A stretch of 63,624 bases of DNA, the filler included, from Phoronis australis (taxonomy: Eukaryota; Animalia; Phoronida), in NCBI GenBank assembly GCA_002633005.1. It is 7 parts of 7 records of this genome, joined end to end, with 100 filler letters (N's around TTAATTAATTAA, not from the genome) between each part and the next. Parts side by side here need not be neighbours in the genome. Positions count along the whole stretch, not along the records: positions 16,480 to 27,336 come from NMRA01001093.1; positions 27,437 to 50,404 come from NMRA01001116.1; 5 more parts are not named here. One strand, given 5' to 3'. Position 1 is the stretch's first letter. Each line of letters starts with the position of its first letter. Positions 24,473 through 37,960 of this stretch are shown piece by piece. A program made the translations under genes and the position numbers. A model generated the notes under the pieces. That model searched no databases. It had not been told where the DNA came from and saw only the letters and a list, made by a program, of their open reading frames with translations.

Positions 24473-26777
24473 GCGTAAACGTTCGGGTTAAGGCCCTGAG
24501 CGGTTAAACTGGCAAACCCAAAAAATCAGGGGTGGGCGGTTAACCAGACATGGGCGCTTATTATGACAGGCAACTGCCCAGGGTGGTTAATCTTACCTCA
24601 GTGATTTAAGTCCCGACACCACACACGTACTCTAAACGTGTAGCACTTTTCAAAGAGCGTTATGTCACGTCGCCACATGACGGGAAAAATGTCATAACAG
24701 CGGATGATCCCAACAAAGGTTCTCTTGCCCTCAGCTTAGTTATTCACTATTAAATTTACAGAATTGCTGAGTAATAGCCCCATGCCGTCCTACAGTCTTG
24801 TTACTTTGCCCTGTAGAGCGCAGACGACCAGTGACCATGCACCTCTACTTGGATTGCAACTATTTCAAGATGTGACCTTGCTAAAGTGCGCACGTGCAAG
24901 CTTCACGTGATGCAGAGGTCAAAGTACAGCAGACATCAAATTTATGGTTACAGTCTCGTACTAGCTGCCAAGTTCATAGTCAGAGAGCAGTTTTAAAATT
25001 AGCTGTACTAAAAATTTGAAAAACTTAATTCAGATGTTTTTTTGCGTTTGGGATGTTTATAGTCGACACTCCGTGACTCAATGACCTTTTCAGCATATGG
25101 TTCTGCGGCTAGCTGTTTTATCTCGACCACCCGGCATTGCTCACTTGCCGTTGCGCCAAACATGCTCGGCAAAGAAGTAGGCCTAAGACACGAGCCACTC
25201 GTCAATCAAGAACAAAAGTTCGAGCCACGGCATAAGCATGTGATAAAATGCCACAAAACGATCACCTCACCAAACTTCGTGGTGGAAAAACATTTATTTT
25301 TCATGCAAGATGTCCAGATTAGCCTATTTATATCAATTGTAATATCGCACTGCGGCACTGTTTGGTCCCGCTGTTAGCACGCAATGTCTCAGTTGGCTGT
25401 CAATCGTGAATTGGAAATGCCGTCAAGTAATATAACGGCCTGTTATGCATCTAGTTTTTTATGGCCAAAGATAGCGGCGGGATTCAGCACGCACATAGGG
25501 CCCACGTGTGAGTCACCTGTCAATCACATGTTGGTGTCAAGGTATCATGCAATCCAAAGTGTGGGACCTAGTGCGCGTGCACCACTACAAAGTCACACAT
25601 CAAAAGAGAATAGCCCTAAGTAACAAAAACGGGCATGACTATGCACTTTTAAAAGCTGTTGTTACGAAAGACCCAGTTCTTTACGATATTCCTCCATTGC
25701 CAATGTTCCCGAAAACTGCAATGTCAAATCTATTCCAATATTTCCCGACTCGATGCTCCCTAAGCCCATGCCCGTAGCTAGCTGCGTGCATCTCCTACCC
25801 ACTATCGCCAACGCATGGTAAGAATTTTTGTTCAGGCTGAAACTGGCCAAGGTATAAAAAAATTATTCTGGATGTCTAAAAAGGGGATGTAGAAACGATA
25901 ATTCACACAGTCACGCTTACGTGGGGGCTGACGCAAGAAATAGTAAACAGCCAGCGACATTAGTTAAATCTGCTAACGCCAGTTTGACGGAGATGCAATA
26001 AGCGAAAAACAAAATTTGACTAGTAGTTTTTTATTACCTCAAGATAATACAGAAACATACATTATTGCCAACCTTTGAATTCAGAAATTGATAGGCAGCA
26101 ACGAAATCGGTAACCCAGTAAGGCACTTGTACTGTCCCTTTGGTCGCCAAACATCTTCTATAACCCGGCACTTAAACACATTCATCAAAATATTGAGAAT
26201 TTGACATCTTTCCGTGAGTTGTGAGATTTGCTCAAAATACGAGAGGGTTGGCAAAACCATTTGTCTCATTTCTCTGGCCTGATTTTTTCTAATGTATGTT
26301 TTATCTAGTGCACTGCAGACGGAAACTCAGCACGGCAGACAAAGTCGCTAAAAACAGAGGTTTTGACGCCGGCGGCGTTCTTAAACTTTGCAAACATGGG
26401 AAGAAAATAAAGTGACAAAAACGTTCAAGTATTATATTTTGAAGAGAGTCCATGACCCTAGACAATAACTCATTACTTGTATTGTAATTCGCATTGCTAA
26501 ACCACTGTCTCGGAGGCCCGGCGTCGTTGTGCTCATTGTGATCATCGATCTTTTTCTAAAAGTCGAGGAATCGCGGGTTTCCTTAGCACTGGGCACTAAA
26601 TCTTTATTCTTTAAAAGTCGGGGATGGGCGCTTAACCGAGAGGTGGGCGCTTAACTGGAAATCTTCGAAAATCGCAGGGGGGCGCTTAACTGAGCAGTGG
26701 GCAGTTAAATCGAAAATACACCTAAAGTAGGGGGTGGGCGGTTAACTGAGCATGGGTGTTAACCCGAAAGTTTACGG
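24473..26777. mobile_element. Non-autonomous Tc1/mariner-pogo-type DNA transposon
   Basis: TIRs gcgtaaacgttcgggttaa and ttaacccgaaagtttacgg; TA on both sides (24471-24472, 26778-26779); subterminal gggcgcttaac repeats; no recognisable transposase ORF. Confidence 0.72.
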
Positions 26778-28849
26778 TAATCAATCGTGTAAGATACTGG
26801 CTACAGGTGATTTTCCCAACTTGTTGTTGGGCCAAATAATCGAACAAGTTGGGCTCAATGGGAAAACGCCGTAATGAGCACTCTTTTATGTCTCATTGGA
26901 ACCCTGCGCTCACTTATCAAGATATCATCCTGGACCATTCAAGAGACCAAACTGGACACTTGGGAGTGAAGCAATAGTTACATTCTCCTAAAAATAGCAT
27001 GGTGTTGTAAGATTGCTGTCACATACCATTGTGTCAAGTTTCATAGAAATCCGTCTATTGTTTCACTAGATATCCATTCGGATACGCTCTTCCCCACAAA
27101 CAATAACAAGAGCAACGTAGAGCGTTGAAATGCGCCCACAATTGCACCGCATACGGTATCCCTCTAGGGTTGTTTAGTGGTAACATAAAGTGGCCAGTAG
27201 AGGGCATATATGTAGTATGTTGTACTTAGCAAAATGGAAAGGCATGGTCATTGTCTCCTCAATAGGCTAGGGGCAAAATGTGAGTAATCTTCATAATACA
27301 AGCACATCCTATACACCAGTTGCTTAAAGCACCACANNNNNNNNNNNNNNNNNNNNNNNNNNNNNNNNNNNNNNNNNNNNTTAATTAATTAANNNNNNNN
27401 NNNNNNNNNNNNNNNNNNNNNNNNNNNNNNNNNNNNAGTCATCGTTTAGCACCAATAAATCATCAAACTTCGATGTAAAACCCTTAAAAATACACCGAGT
27501 TCTTACAAAAACGTGTTGTTTTATTTCGCTCTTACGGATTTATTGGTATTTGGACACACCGTAGCCTACAAAGTTCGGCAGGCCAATAAGGTCCGCAGCA
27601 GGAGTTTGGGGTGTGTTTGGGGATAATTTCGAAGTATTTTCCGTGAGATACAGACAGGAGAACCTAGATCTGTGTTGTTTAGACTTGTGATTTTATGAGT
27701 TCTAAACACAAAACGCTCGTTATCCTGGCTCGGAGCCCGATCAGGCCCGTCGGCGGGCGGCCGGCCGGATTGACTCGTTATCCTGAAACTGATCAGAAAC
27801 ACAAAAAACCAGCCAAAGCTCACTGGAAATTAAACACCAGTCAAGAAACAAATATACGAGTGAGCCAAAGTAATGTGCACGTGATTATGTTGGTGAATTA
27901 GCCACGAAACTGCAAATCTACTTACTCGTCGGGGGCCGCCAATTCAGTTCGCTTTGGCCACAGCACCGTCATGAGGGCAGAAGTTGTACATTGACAATCA
28001 TTATTTGAGTAATGTAAATGTAAATAAAGATTCCACCTGGTCGTGGGGTGGAAATCGAATTGTTTCACAACAGTTACTGCCAGCAAACACTTAGAGCTCA
28101 CACGGTGTCCCGTCAATTAGTTTTATTGCACCTAAAGCCGGTAACGCAGTGACTATTCATTGCTGGCTTCTCAAATCATTTCGTGAACTCACGAACACTC
28201 CAAAAACATCTAATGAGACAGACTTTGTTTCACATTTATATAAGTATTGGTTAGAGTGAGAATAATTCATTTTGAAACAGAACGGTCAATAATAAACGCC
28301 AACTGGCAACTCGCAATCCCGACTTAGGACGAGCTAGAGCGGCTCATCAATCCCGACTTCGCAGGTGGATCATTAAGTCTTACAGGCTATCAATTCGAAC
28401 AGGAATACAGTGATGAAGAAATACTAAAGAGGCGCCGTGAACAAGCTCAGACAACGGAACGTATGGAGTTATTTGGTAAGCCGGGCGTGAGGCACTGTCG
28501 ACGTCTGCAGGCCACAGACACGGAGATGTCACACTTGCTATTTACAGCGTACATTTCATTCTTCACTACCATGAGCCACTTCCTAAGCATTTCGGACTCT
28601 CGAGGAAGTAAAAAAACGATATACTCGCTTTCCTCGCAGCTGCTTAGTTCGGACAAGCGGGAACGATTCACCGCAACATAGCGGCATTCACTATGCATTT
28701 GAACCACTGACGTCGCTAGCGTCGTTTCTCACCTTCCTCACAGGTTAACGCGACACCTCTTGGCAAGGTAAGGTCGACCGTACGCGAGCCGATGTGGAAA
28801 TAGACCGACTAAGACGGCAAAAAAGACTAATTAAATCGGGTGGCATTAG

Positions 28850-29500
28850 CCTTTAAGAAGACTAAATGGTACTCTCTGATTTCGTGAGAAGTGGCAGGGA
28901 TAGGTTGGCCTACTACATTTAGTTTAGACTTGGCCGTGTGCTTCGCGCTGCGATTTGATCTTGACATGGACTTGATGAATTTTGTCATGGTTGATAATCC
29001 ATCAGTATTCCTACTTCATATCATTTTAAAATGCAAGTGCGAACTCAACTTAAGCCATGCAGGCAATTTCGCATACACATGAAATCTGATTACGGTTTCT
29101 AGTTGTGCTGGCCAGCTGGAGACAGTGGTCACTGTCTACATGGAGTCCAAACCAAGTGTTTTAGTGACTGGGTGTTGATTTCGGTATAGATGCATCTAAT
29201 AACCAAACTATCGTTTATCTTTTGCATCTGAACGTTTAAAAATCACATCTGACTTTGAAAGTTTAGATATTTTTGAAGCGGTGAACCTTCGGGCTAGTGA
29301 ACCTTCCGAGTAGCAAATCTTCGAAATAGTGGGATGTTCCCATTTCCAGCGGTGTAGGCACCTTAAGTAACACGCTAAAATACAACCGGACATAAAATTT
29401 TGTTAAGTCACTCACCGACTAAATTTCATATTTCCATTTGAGTATGCAATGAAGTGTAATCACTCATTTAAGCATGGCTGATTTGAAACTTTGGCAGGAG
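28850..29500 (+). repeat. Dispersed repeat; diverged direct copy at about 33880-34500
   Basis: Shared colinear blocks tacatttagttt, ctacttcat, gtgaacctt, taaaatacaacc and aatgaagtgtaatcactcattta. Confidence 0.7.
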
Positions 29501-29779
29501 ATAATGCCAGAATGTTCTCATCCCCCTAATTAAGTTGACGGAGTCAAAGGCCTTACCGAAATTTCTACTGTGTCGAGGTTTGCAAAATACCAAAAGGTCC
29601 ACTGTTCTTGAAATTCGAACCACACCTCGCTCAATGCTGGCTACGGGCCTGCATAGGATACATGCATTTGAGTAGAGAGGGGGTGTCTAATAAAAGGACG
29701 CCCCTGCATCGATCAAACCTGTGCATGCTACTGCCCCACCGCTAGAAATGTCTGCAAAATACCTTTTTGCATGCAGAAT

Positions 29780-30620
29780 GTTGCTCGACATTATGCAAAT
29801 GGTTTCAAACGGTTACCTGGCGGTTAAATCTGGCCGAACTCAGATATTTGATCGTGTGTGGCGGGGCTAATCCACAACTAAACTTGTCTCGCAATGTTTA
29901 TTCATGATGCATGGGCTTACGTAGAATATTTTGGAACTGGTTCCACACAGTTACCTCTTGGGTTGATTTACCTCAAATTTTAGCCCTTCTTTAGTCGTCT
30001 TGCAGGGACACCCCACCAATGCAATTGTCTGGCATCTTACTGTTATATGATGTGCAGTGATACTGAGCATCGTGCAGGTGTTTTCAAACGGTTACCTCGT
30101 GGGTTGAGCTAGCTAAACTCAAATCTTTGGGCGTGTCTGGCGGGGCTAACCGCCACTAGATTTGTCTGGCAGTGTTTATTCCTGAACGTGGGCTTACGGT
30201 GAATATTTTGGAACTGGTTTTAAGTGGTTACCTCTTGGGTTGATATAGCTCAATTTTTATCCCTTTTTGATAATCGTCTGGCAGGGGCACCCCACCACTG
30301 AAATTGTCTGGCATCTAACAGTTGTGCCACCGATGTACAGTGATGCTGAACATCGTGCACTTGGTTTCAAACGGTTATATGGTGGGTTGATTTAGCTCAA
30401 CTCCGGTATTTGAGCGTGTCTTGTGGGGCTAACCCACCACTAGATTTGTCTGGCAGTGTTCATTCGTGATAGGCCTACCTGGGCTTACGGTGAATATTTT
30501 GCAACTGGTTCCACGCGGTTACCTCTTGGATTGATCTGGCTCAGTTCTATACCTTGTTTATAACCGTCTGGCTGACACTCCCCACCACTGAAGTTGTCTG
30601 GCAGTGACCAATTTTGATAC
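29780..30620. repeat. About 280-bp tandem repeat, three copies
   Basis: aaacggtta recurs near 29807, 30087 and 30369; gaatattttggaactggtt and ttgtctggca recur with the same period. Confidence 0.85.
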
Positions 30621-30881
30621 AGTGGATTACGTAGGAGGTGTTGTAATCGTCAACATCATCCGTCCTTTATCTTTCTGTGGTGTCTTGTGATTTGTCAGTT
30701 TTATGGTTCCCCGGATGAATGTTTTATTTAAACTGCTGGCGGGAACCGTACTGGTAGTCTTTCAGCAAGCAATCAGGATGTCAGGGATGGGCACCTGGAT
30801 TGGGTTTTACTGGAGCTTGAATAGCTTTGTTTTAACTGGTGAGTACTTCTAGAGGCCTAGCTAGTGCAGTAATACAACAAT

Positions 30882-30895
30882 TGGCGTAGTCGGCA
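30882..30895 (+). other. Primer-binding site complementary to the tRNA-Ser 3' end
   Basis: TGGCGTAGTCGGCA lies 2 nt after the 5' LTR and is the reverse complement of the animal tRNA-Ser end ...UGCCGACUACGCCA. Confidence 0.85.
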
Positions 30896-32011
30896 CTGGT
30901 TAGGTTTTTCTAGGAGTATTCAACCACTTTTTCTTGAAAACCTTTGCCTGACCAGGGCATTTTCCGCAGGTCCGGGGGGGGGGAAGTTTGGATAGGGGAG
31001 TGGTATCGTGCTAGCGGGTTGCTGGTGCGGTGGCCAAGTGGTCTCTTGGTCTGTTGGGGTTGTTTGTGGTTTAACTGGGTTTTTATTCTTTGGGTTTTGG
31101 GTATTTATTTATTTATTACGTCCTTGTAGTTCGTGAGTTTAGGCTTAGACAGTGTTTTGGTTGTGTCATTGAATTGAACACCATTCCATTGACCTAATAC
31201 TTTCTCCTTACAACTAAGTCCCTTATTTATTATATCCTTGATATTTATTTATTTATTTATTATGTCCGTGTAGTTGGGGAGTTTAGGCTTAGGCAGTGTT
31301 TTGGTTATGTCAGTGGACACCATTTCATTGAGCTAATAGGCCTACTTTCTCCCTACAGCTAGAGCCCCTATTTATTATCGTAGTCCTAATGCATGGTTAA
31401 CCTGGGTGCGGTACTTTCATGTCCGTCCCAGTTGCCAGGAGGCCTATGTTTAGTGGAGGGTCAGTCACAGTTCTCTGTGAACCTATACATTTTAGGTCTG
31501 CGTCCAAGGCGTTCCCTTTGGGTTGGAATATGTCTGTCCGGCCTCCACCCAAAGCACGTCAAAATGTAATACTCTAGTAGCAATTAAGTGTGGTATGCGT
31601 GTATCATGGTAGTGCAGGGTTTATTTTGATAACTCCACTAGAAATGCACGTGTCCTATACCCTTTTGCAGCTACAAGTCCGGGGAGTCTCCCTAGCGACA
31701 ACTTTTTCCGTTAGGTGACTGCTCTCCCGCCCTGGGGGGTGGGTTGGATCCTGCTAGGTTTTCTCTTTATGATTTATTTCATGTGTTTGGGATGTGCTGG
31801 CACTCTGAACTCTTTTTATTATTTTCGGTACTTCTATATTTAACATGTGTGCGTTATACTTTGCTTCTAGGGGAACTGTCCTTGTCATTCTAGCACTCTT
31901 GGTTTATTTAGCAGTGGCTTTGTTTTGGTGAGGGGGGATATGGTTAAATTTTTGGGAAGTTTTTCGTATCTGGCGAATGATGTTGATTCCCCGGTGGGCC
32001 CCACACTTTTT

Positions 32012-32025
32012 AGGGAGGAGGGGAA
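32012..32025 (+). other. Polypurine tract
   Basis: agggaggaggggaa immediately precedes the 3' LTR. Confidence 0.85.
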
Positions 32026-35000
32026 TGTTGTAATCGTCAACATCATTCGTCCTTTATCTTCCTGTGGTGTCTTGTGATTTGTCAGTTTTATGGTTCCCCG
32101 GATCCTTGTTTTATTTAAACTGCTGGCGGGAACCCTGCTGGCAGTCTTTCAGCAAGCAATCAGGAGGTCAGGGATGGCCACATGGATTGGGTTTTACTGG
32201 AGCATGAATAGCTGTGTTTTAACTGGTGAGTACTTCTAGATGCCTAGCTAGGGAACCTGCAGTAATACAACAGAGGTATCCAAGGCAGTTTGAAGTGGTT
32301 ACCAGAAAAGTTGATCTAGCTCAATTTTTTAGTGTCATTCTCTTGGCCCCCTGACCACACCCACCAAAGCGAACCTGTAAGACGGCCATTTCCAAGCATT
32401 AGGATACGCACAGAGCACTGTGGCACCAAAGAAAATTGGTTACATTTTCATGCCCAAAAAGCTTTGGGATCCCGGTCTATTTCCTCCATTCGAATGCAGA
32501 TTACTTTGTACGCGTTAAAGCAGCGAATCCAAACTTGATCAGTGTTAATGAGCACGTGGGGCCAAGAAGCACGCGCTAGGGCCTACATAATACGTGGGCC
32601 TGCTACGCTGGCAAATGAACTCTGATGACACACACGCGCTCGCTCACTCGGCCTGTACACTCTGTCAGTGCTAAACGAAAGTTAGCTATGACGACTTAGA
32701 AAGTTCACAATTTCGAACTTTATACAGCTAACGTGAACATAAAACGTCTAAAATCAGTAAATTAGGTTCAGGATGAGTCCAAATGCACTCCATCAAAATG
32801 ATTATTATTCCAGTGCAACAGAACACAAAGCAATATACCCAGTACCTTTTCACGCACACAGTGAACCATTTTGTTTACATCGGAAGTAAAACCAAGGCAT
32901 GCGCATTGATGCCCACACACGGAATTCACTGCAGTATAGGTGGCGCTGTGTCAGAGGGTAACTCGGTCTGCACACTAACTTCAAAACAAACGTCAACATT
33001 TGTGTTCATCACAGATATTTTTCAGGTTGCTGGGTGCGATTTAGCGCAGATTTGGACTTTTAAGAATTAACTGCAGATTAAAATCTTAATAAGGACTGTA
33101 GCTATATGGAAATAGGATTTTAGGTAATTTGCTGAGTCGAAACTGCATTTTTACTCAAAAATTTAAGTTGCCGGCCTAGTCGATGGTCGCCAGGCCACGA
33201 CGCATCAGACAGCAAGTTTTCGCCCTGGGATTTCAGAACATTTGAAAAAAGACCGTAATTTAACAACAAAATTTGATAGCAGTGCACCGCAATTTTGTAA
33301 AGTGTCTCTCATAGGTTACAGATACGTCACAGCGCGTCGGAATTTGATGAATCCTAGTTTCTGATTTCACATGACAGCGTTTTGCCGTTCAGTGACTTTA
33401 CCAGAGATCTAGGTTCTCTTGTCTGTATTTCACGGAAAAATACTAGTTCGAATGTATACCCGAACAGACCGAAACTCAATCAGTGACACTGGTGCATAGG
33501 CTTGCAGACTTCATATAATCAACAAAGTTTATGGAAAAATTTTCAAGGTTACATGTCACTAGGCCTTCTCCCAAGTTTCACTACTCCGAAGGTGGCTACC
33601 TTCATATGTTCACTACTTCGAACTGTCCACAATTCCGAAACTAACTCCTACGGTGCAGTATTCTGATTGTCTGCTGTAGAAGTCGGAACTGACATGAATA
33701 AAATACTGTAATGTGTTTGTGTTGAGTAATCATTTAAAGGATGTGCAAAAGTTGAATAGTTCTTAAAACTTTGATTACATTGTTGAACTCAGTTCCAATC
33801 ACTGCCGATCGTGATATCTAAATCTTACTAACGACTCCAAGCAGAGACAACATCGGGTTAGGGCTGCGGGGACCAACGGCGGTAGACTGAATGCAACTCT
33901 AAGACTTCGTGAAGACTAGCAGGTAGGCCTACATTTAGTTTCGATCCGCATAAGTCGTGCGCGTGGTTCCGGTGGCTCGGAGGTTGGGACGCAGCGGCCC
34001 AGTCACGCTGTAAAATTATGCGATCTTGAAGTGAATTCGAGGAATGAATCGTGAATGATAATTAATTCATCAATATTTCTACTTCATTTTCTTTTACATA
34101 TGCAAAGATGAGGTCTACACGTGCTCATGTTCCGTATTCGTGAGACATGCGGGCAATCGGATGCGCATGAGTGTTATTTTGGCCAGACATCTCTCAGTTT
34201 TTCTAATAACCGAAGTATTTATCGTTTTTGCATGTAAAAGTATAAAATTACACTTGAATCCGAAATTTTCGATATTTCTGGAGTGGTGAACCTTTGAAGT
34301 GGACAGTGAACCTTTGGAATACCGCTACGACCTTCGGAATAGTGGTCTGTTCCCATTTCTAGTGATGTAAGCAACTTAACTAAAATACAACCAAGGTAAA
34401 ACGTTTCAAGTCATTTTTCGACAAAATGTTTCTTTCCAAGTAATTAATGAAGTGTAATCACTCATTTAGTAAGCACGTCTGATCTGAACGTTTGGACGGG
34501 GGAGGGGGCTAACGCGAAAGTACGTTTCGGTTCTCTTTGTGGAACACGGTGACAGATAACCGAGTTTGAGTCCCGTTATTTGGGATCAACGTCACGGCAT
34601 CCTCATTTCTGGTATTACGAATTCCGTCTGATCTCTAGCTTTTGAGCTGGGAGTCATGGATGTGTAGCCTATGCCAGATTTTCCATCCCTGGCCTTACCG
34701 TCGGAAAACTACAGTGTGGATGTTTACAAAGTATCAAAGGTCCGCTCCTCAGTGACAATGGTGGCTCCGGGCCTGGAGGCGATGCACACAAGCGGCATTT
34801 TCTGATCCTCAATTTTAGGGTTAGTCAGTACCTTAAAAATGAAGCGTCTTTCCTGGTGTCGCTTATCGGGGGCTTCGATGTTTTTGTTGGTTGATGGAAA
34901 TAGAGTTCTATGACTGTGGTTTCGAATAGTAAGAAACATATTTCATGCCAGTAAAAGAGACCTAATCATTTTTTAGTTTTTAACCGGCTTTACAGGGCAA

Positions 35001-35761
35001 AATACAGTTTCAGGTCATGGTATTCTGTTCGCACCGCCACAGTACTCATAGTTGGATAATCGTTCAGTACAAAAGAGGTACTATAGGACTGTGAACTTAC
35101 GTGGTGGCCTTGTGTTGTCTTCTGTTAAAGTCATCCGTTAAGTAGACCAATTCCACCCGCTAACGATCATTAGTTGTTTTATATATTTATTTATTGTGAT
35201 AATTAAAATGAGGGTGGCCTCTTCAGTATCAACACTGCTTCCCAAGAGGGCCCTCAACAACAAAATATAAAACAGTGATATAATACAATAAGTGGTTTTT
35301 AAACCACTTTTTAAAAACACTATTGGATGTCTCTTAACGATCAAGCTTGGCTTAAAAACTTTTGAGTGCCTTCTAACGATGAACCCTGGGTTAACATTAT
35401 TGGGTGCCACCTAGCTATGGGTGTCGACTTTCTGACGGATCTGACAACCGCTGTGCCCGCTCCAGTGGCATCTTTACTATCTTTTGCCTCGTCGGAGTTC
35501 CTTGACGGATTTCTATGATATTTATTAAGCCCTTAACGACTCAGCCATTCACGTTTTCGGACAGATATTCATTTAAGAATTTTATTCTGACTATCTATGT
35601 CATCAGAATCGAAGATTAAGCCTGCATTGTACAGATATTGGTGAAATAATGAATTACCATTAACAGTTTAAATTGCAATAGCTCTATATTGCTTGTTTAG
35701 ACGGCTATATCAGTAGGAACTTTACTAAACATTTCTGGATTAAGAACTGCAAGTGCGGCCT

Positions 35762-37960
35762 TTTAGTCGGTGGGCCAGATCTCATAGCGTTCACCCTTGT
35801 GAGTACTTTGGGGGGGGGCAACCTAGTTTTTTCTATGTGGCTAGATAATATACCCATAAATCAAATTCCAAAAAGTTCCCACGTCTACACTTGCACATTT
35901 TGTTAGAAAAAGGTGTTTTTGTTGCACAAAATATGATGCACATTCTTGCCACTTGATGGCACTTTTCTATTGAATTAACCAATCAGAGAGCCACATTGTA
36001 TTGTTGTGCTTAGTTACTTCAATATGGCTGCTCCCATGGAGTGTGATGCCTGTATAATTCAAGGTTTATCAAACAGCACAAAATTGTGATGTCAGAGCCT
36101 AAAGAAGCTCAGGAAAGCGTCCTGACGAAAGGTGATTGACTGTGGAACTCTGTAGATCAGTACATCAAAAAGAATAAGAGGTGTCACAAACGTTTGTGCA
36201 GAAAACATCTGCATGTCCTGGTAGCCTACACAGTATACTGCTGAGTGCTGTAGACTAGAAGACCAAGTGTCAGACCAAAAAATTGAAAGGACATAGAACG
36301 GCATAGCAACGTTTCAAGGCACCAACAGTAGTACTAAAGCTGAAGTTGCTGAAAGTGATACAGATGTTATCCAAGATTTCCCAAGAAAATCAATNNNNNN
36401 NNNNNNNNNNNNNNNNNNNNNNNNNNNNNNNNNNNNNNNNNNNNNNNNNNNNNNNNNNNNNNNNNNNNNNNNNNNNNNNNNNNNNNNNNNNNNNNNNNNN
36501 NNNNNNNNNNNNNNNNNNNNNNNNNNNNNNNNNNNNNNNNNNNNNNNNNNNNNNNNNNNNNNNNNNNNNNNNNNNNNNNNNNNNNNNNNNNNNNNNNNNN
36601 NNNNNNNNNNNNNNNNNNNNNNNNNNNNNNNNNNNNNNNNNNNNNNNNNNNNNNNNNNNNNNNNNNNNNNNNNNNNNNNNNNNNNNNNNNNNNNNNNNNN
36701 NNNNNNNNNNNNNNNNNNNNNNNNNNNNNNNNNNNNNNNNNNNNNNNNNNTGCACTGGTATATCAGCTGATTTATTTTCAGTTGCATCAACTGATCTAAT
36801 TATTAGACGATCAACATTATTAGGCTACAGATCAGACGGCATGTAAATTTGTTAGGCTGGTGGTGGATCAGTTCCTGATAAGTCCGTCTGAAAAAGTTGC
36901 ATGCCAACTCACTCATAGTTGAATGTTAAATTAGTGTTAACAGTTTGGGTTTTTTCAGTTGGACTTGTATCGCAAGCAACAGCTCAGTCCAGAGCCTTGA
37001 ATATGCAAATGAAATTCAAAGATAAAGACCTTGTGTCTTAGAAGCCAAGTACCACAGATCATCATGCTATAAAAATAGAAAGACAACGATTGTGAAGAGT
37101 GACGAATTCACAGTTTTCAGAGATGTTTTTCTACAGTTTTGTTTGGAGTTCATTGAATCGAAGCTTCTAACACAAAGAGATGTCATTTGCCTTTCAAAAC
37201 TAAAGCAAGACTTTGAAGCTGTTCTTCAGAAAGCGTATTAAAAAGTTAATTTTATTTGTTGATTAAGTCATAGAAAGTACATACTTTGATCATTGTCATG
37301 TATTTGTCTCATACTGCTTGATAAATGCTGTCAGAATAATCTATTTTTTTCATACAGTCTTTGTGCACATTCACAGAGATCATTCAACTACCGGTATATT
37401 GTTTTTGTACTATAACGTATTTCTGGTGTATTATGCAAACAAGCTGTATTTTACACCATTAGTCAATGTTTTAGTCATTGAGGCACAAATTTTGCCAAGT
37501 CTCAAGTGTTTTGTGTTATTTTTGTTGCCTGACAATGCCAGAATAACTTCCTAGTAACATTCAGACTTAGTTTGCATTTTTGCCACTAGGTGTCTCTTTA
37601 CGTTTTTTAAATTTCACTGTTTACAATTATTTACAATAGTAAAACGTGTAATGTGAGTGTAATATTGTTCAATACAATGGCACTGATGGGACCATATTAC
37701 TTGTTTTACAAAAGTCACCAAAACTGTTGTTTTTACAAATATAAGTTTACTAAGCTCTTTTGTGATTATTATGTAACTTCAAACTCAAATTTCTCAAAAA
37801 TGTGCAACTTTATATGTGGGAACTTTTTAGATTTTGAAAACACTCTAATAAATGAATTAAAAAACACCAAAATAAAATTGCCCCTAAAGTACTCACAAAA
37901 ATCATTTTCTAGAGGCCCTACAAAATCTGGCCCACCGACTATTTTGGGCGGGGCAAGCTG
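35762..37960 (+). mobile_element. Academ-like DNA transposon relic (contains a 356-N gap)
   Basis: Inverted end blocks tagtcggtgggccagat / atctggcccaccgacta and aaaaagttcccac..ttgcacatttt / aaaatgtgcaac..gtgggaacttttt; broken coding motif KDLVS-LEAKYHRS-CY at about 37024-37070. Confidence 0.5.

Larger units (their letters stand above)
30639..32272 (+). mobile_element. Complete non-autonomous LTR retrotransposon (TRIM/LARD-like, probably Gypsy-derived)
   Basis: LTRs 30639-30879 and 32026-32272 with TGTTGTA...TACAACA ends; TSD GAGG on both sides; PBS and PPT present; no gag or pol ORF. Confidence 0.93.

Noticed and set aside
36314-36846. Long ORFs in the track
   Set aside because: They consist mostly of N-gap residues.
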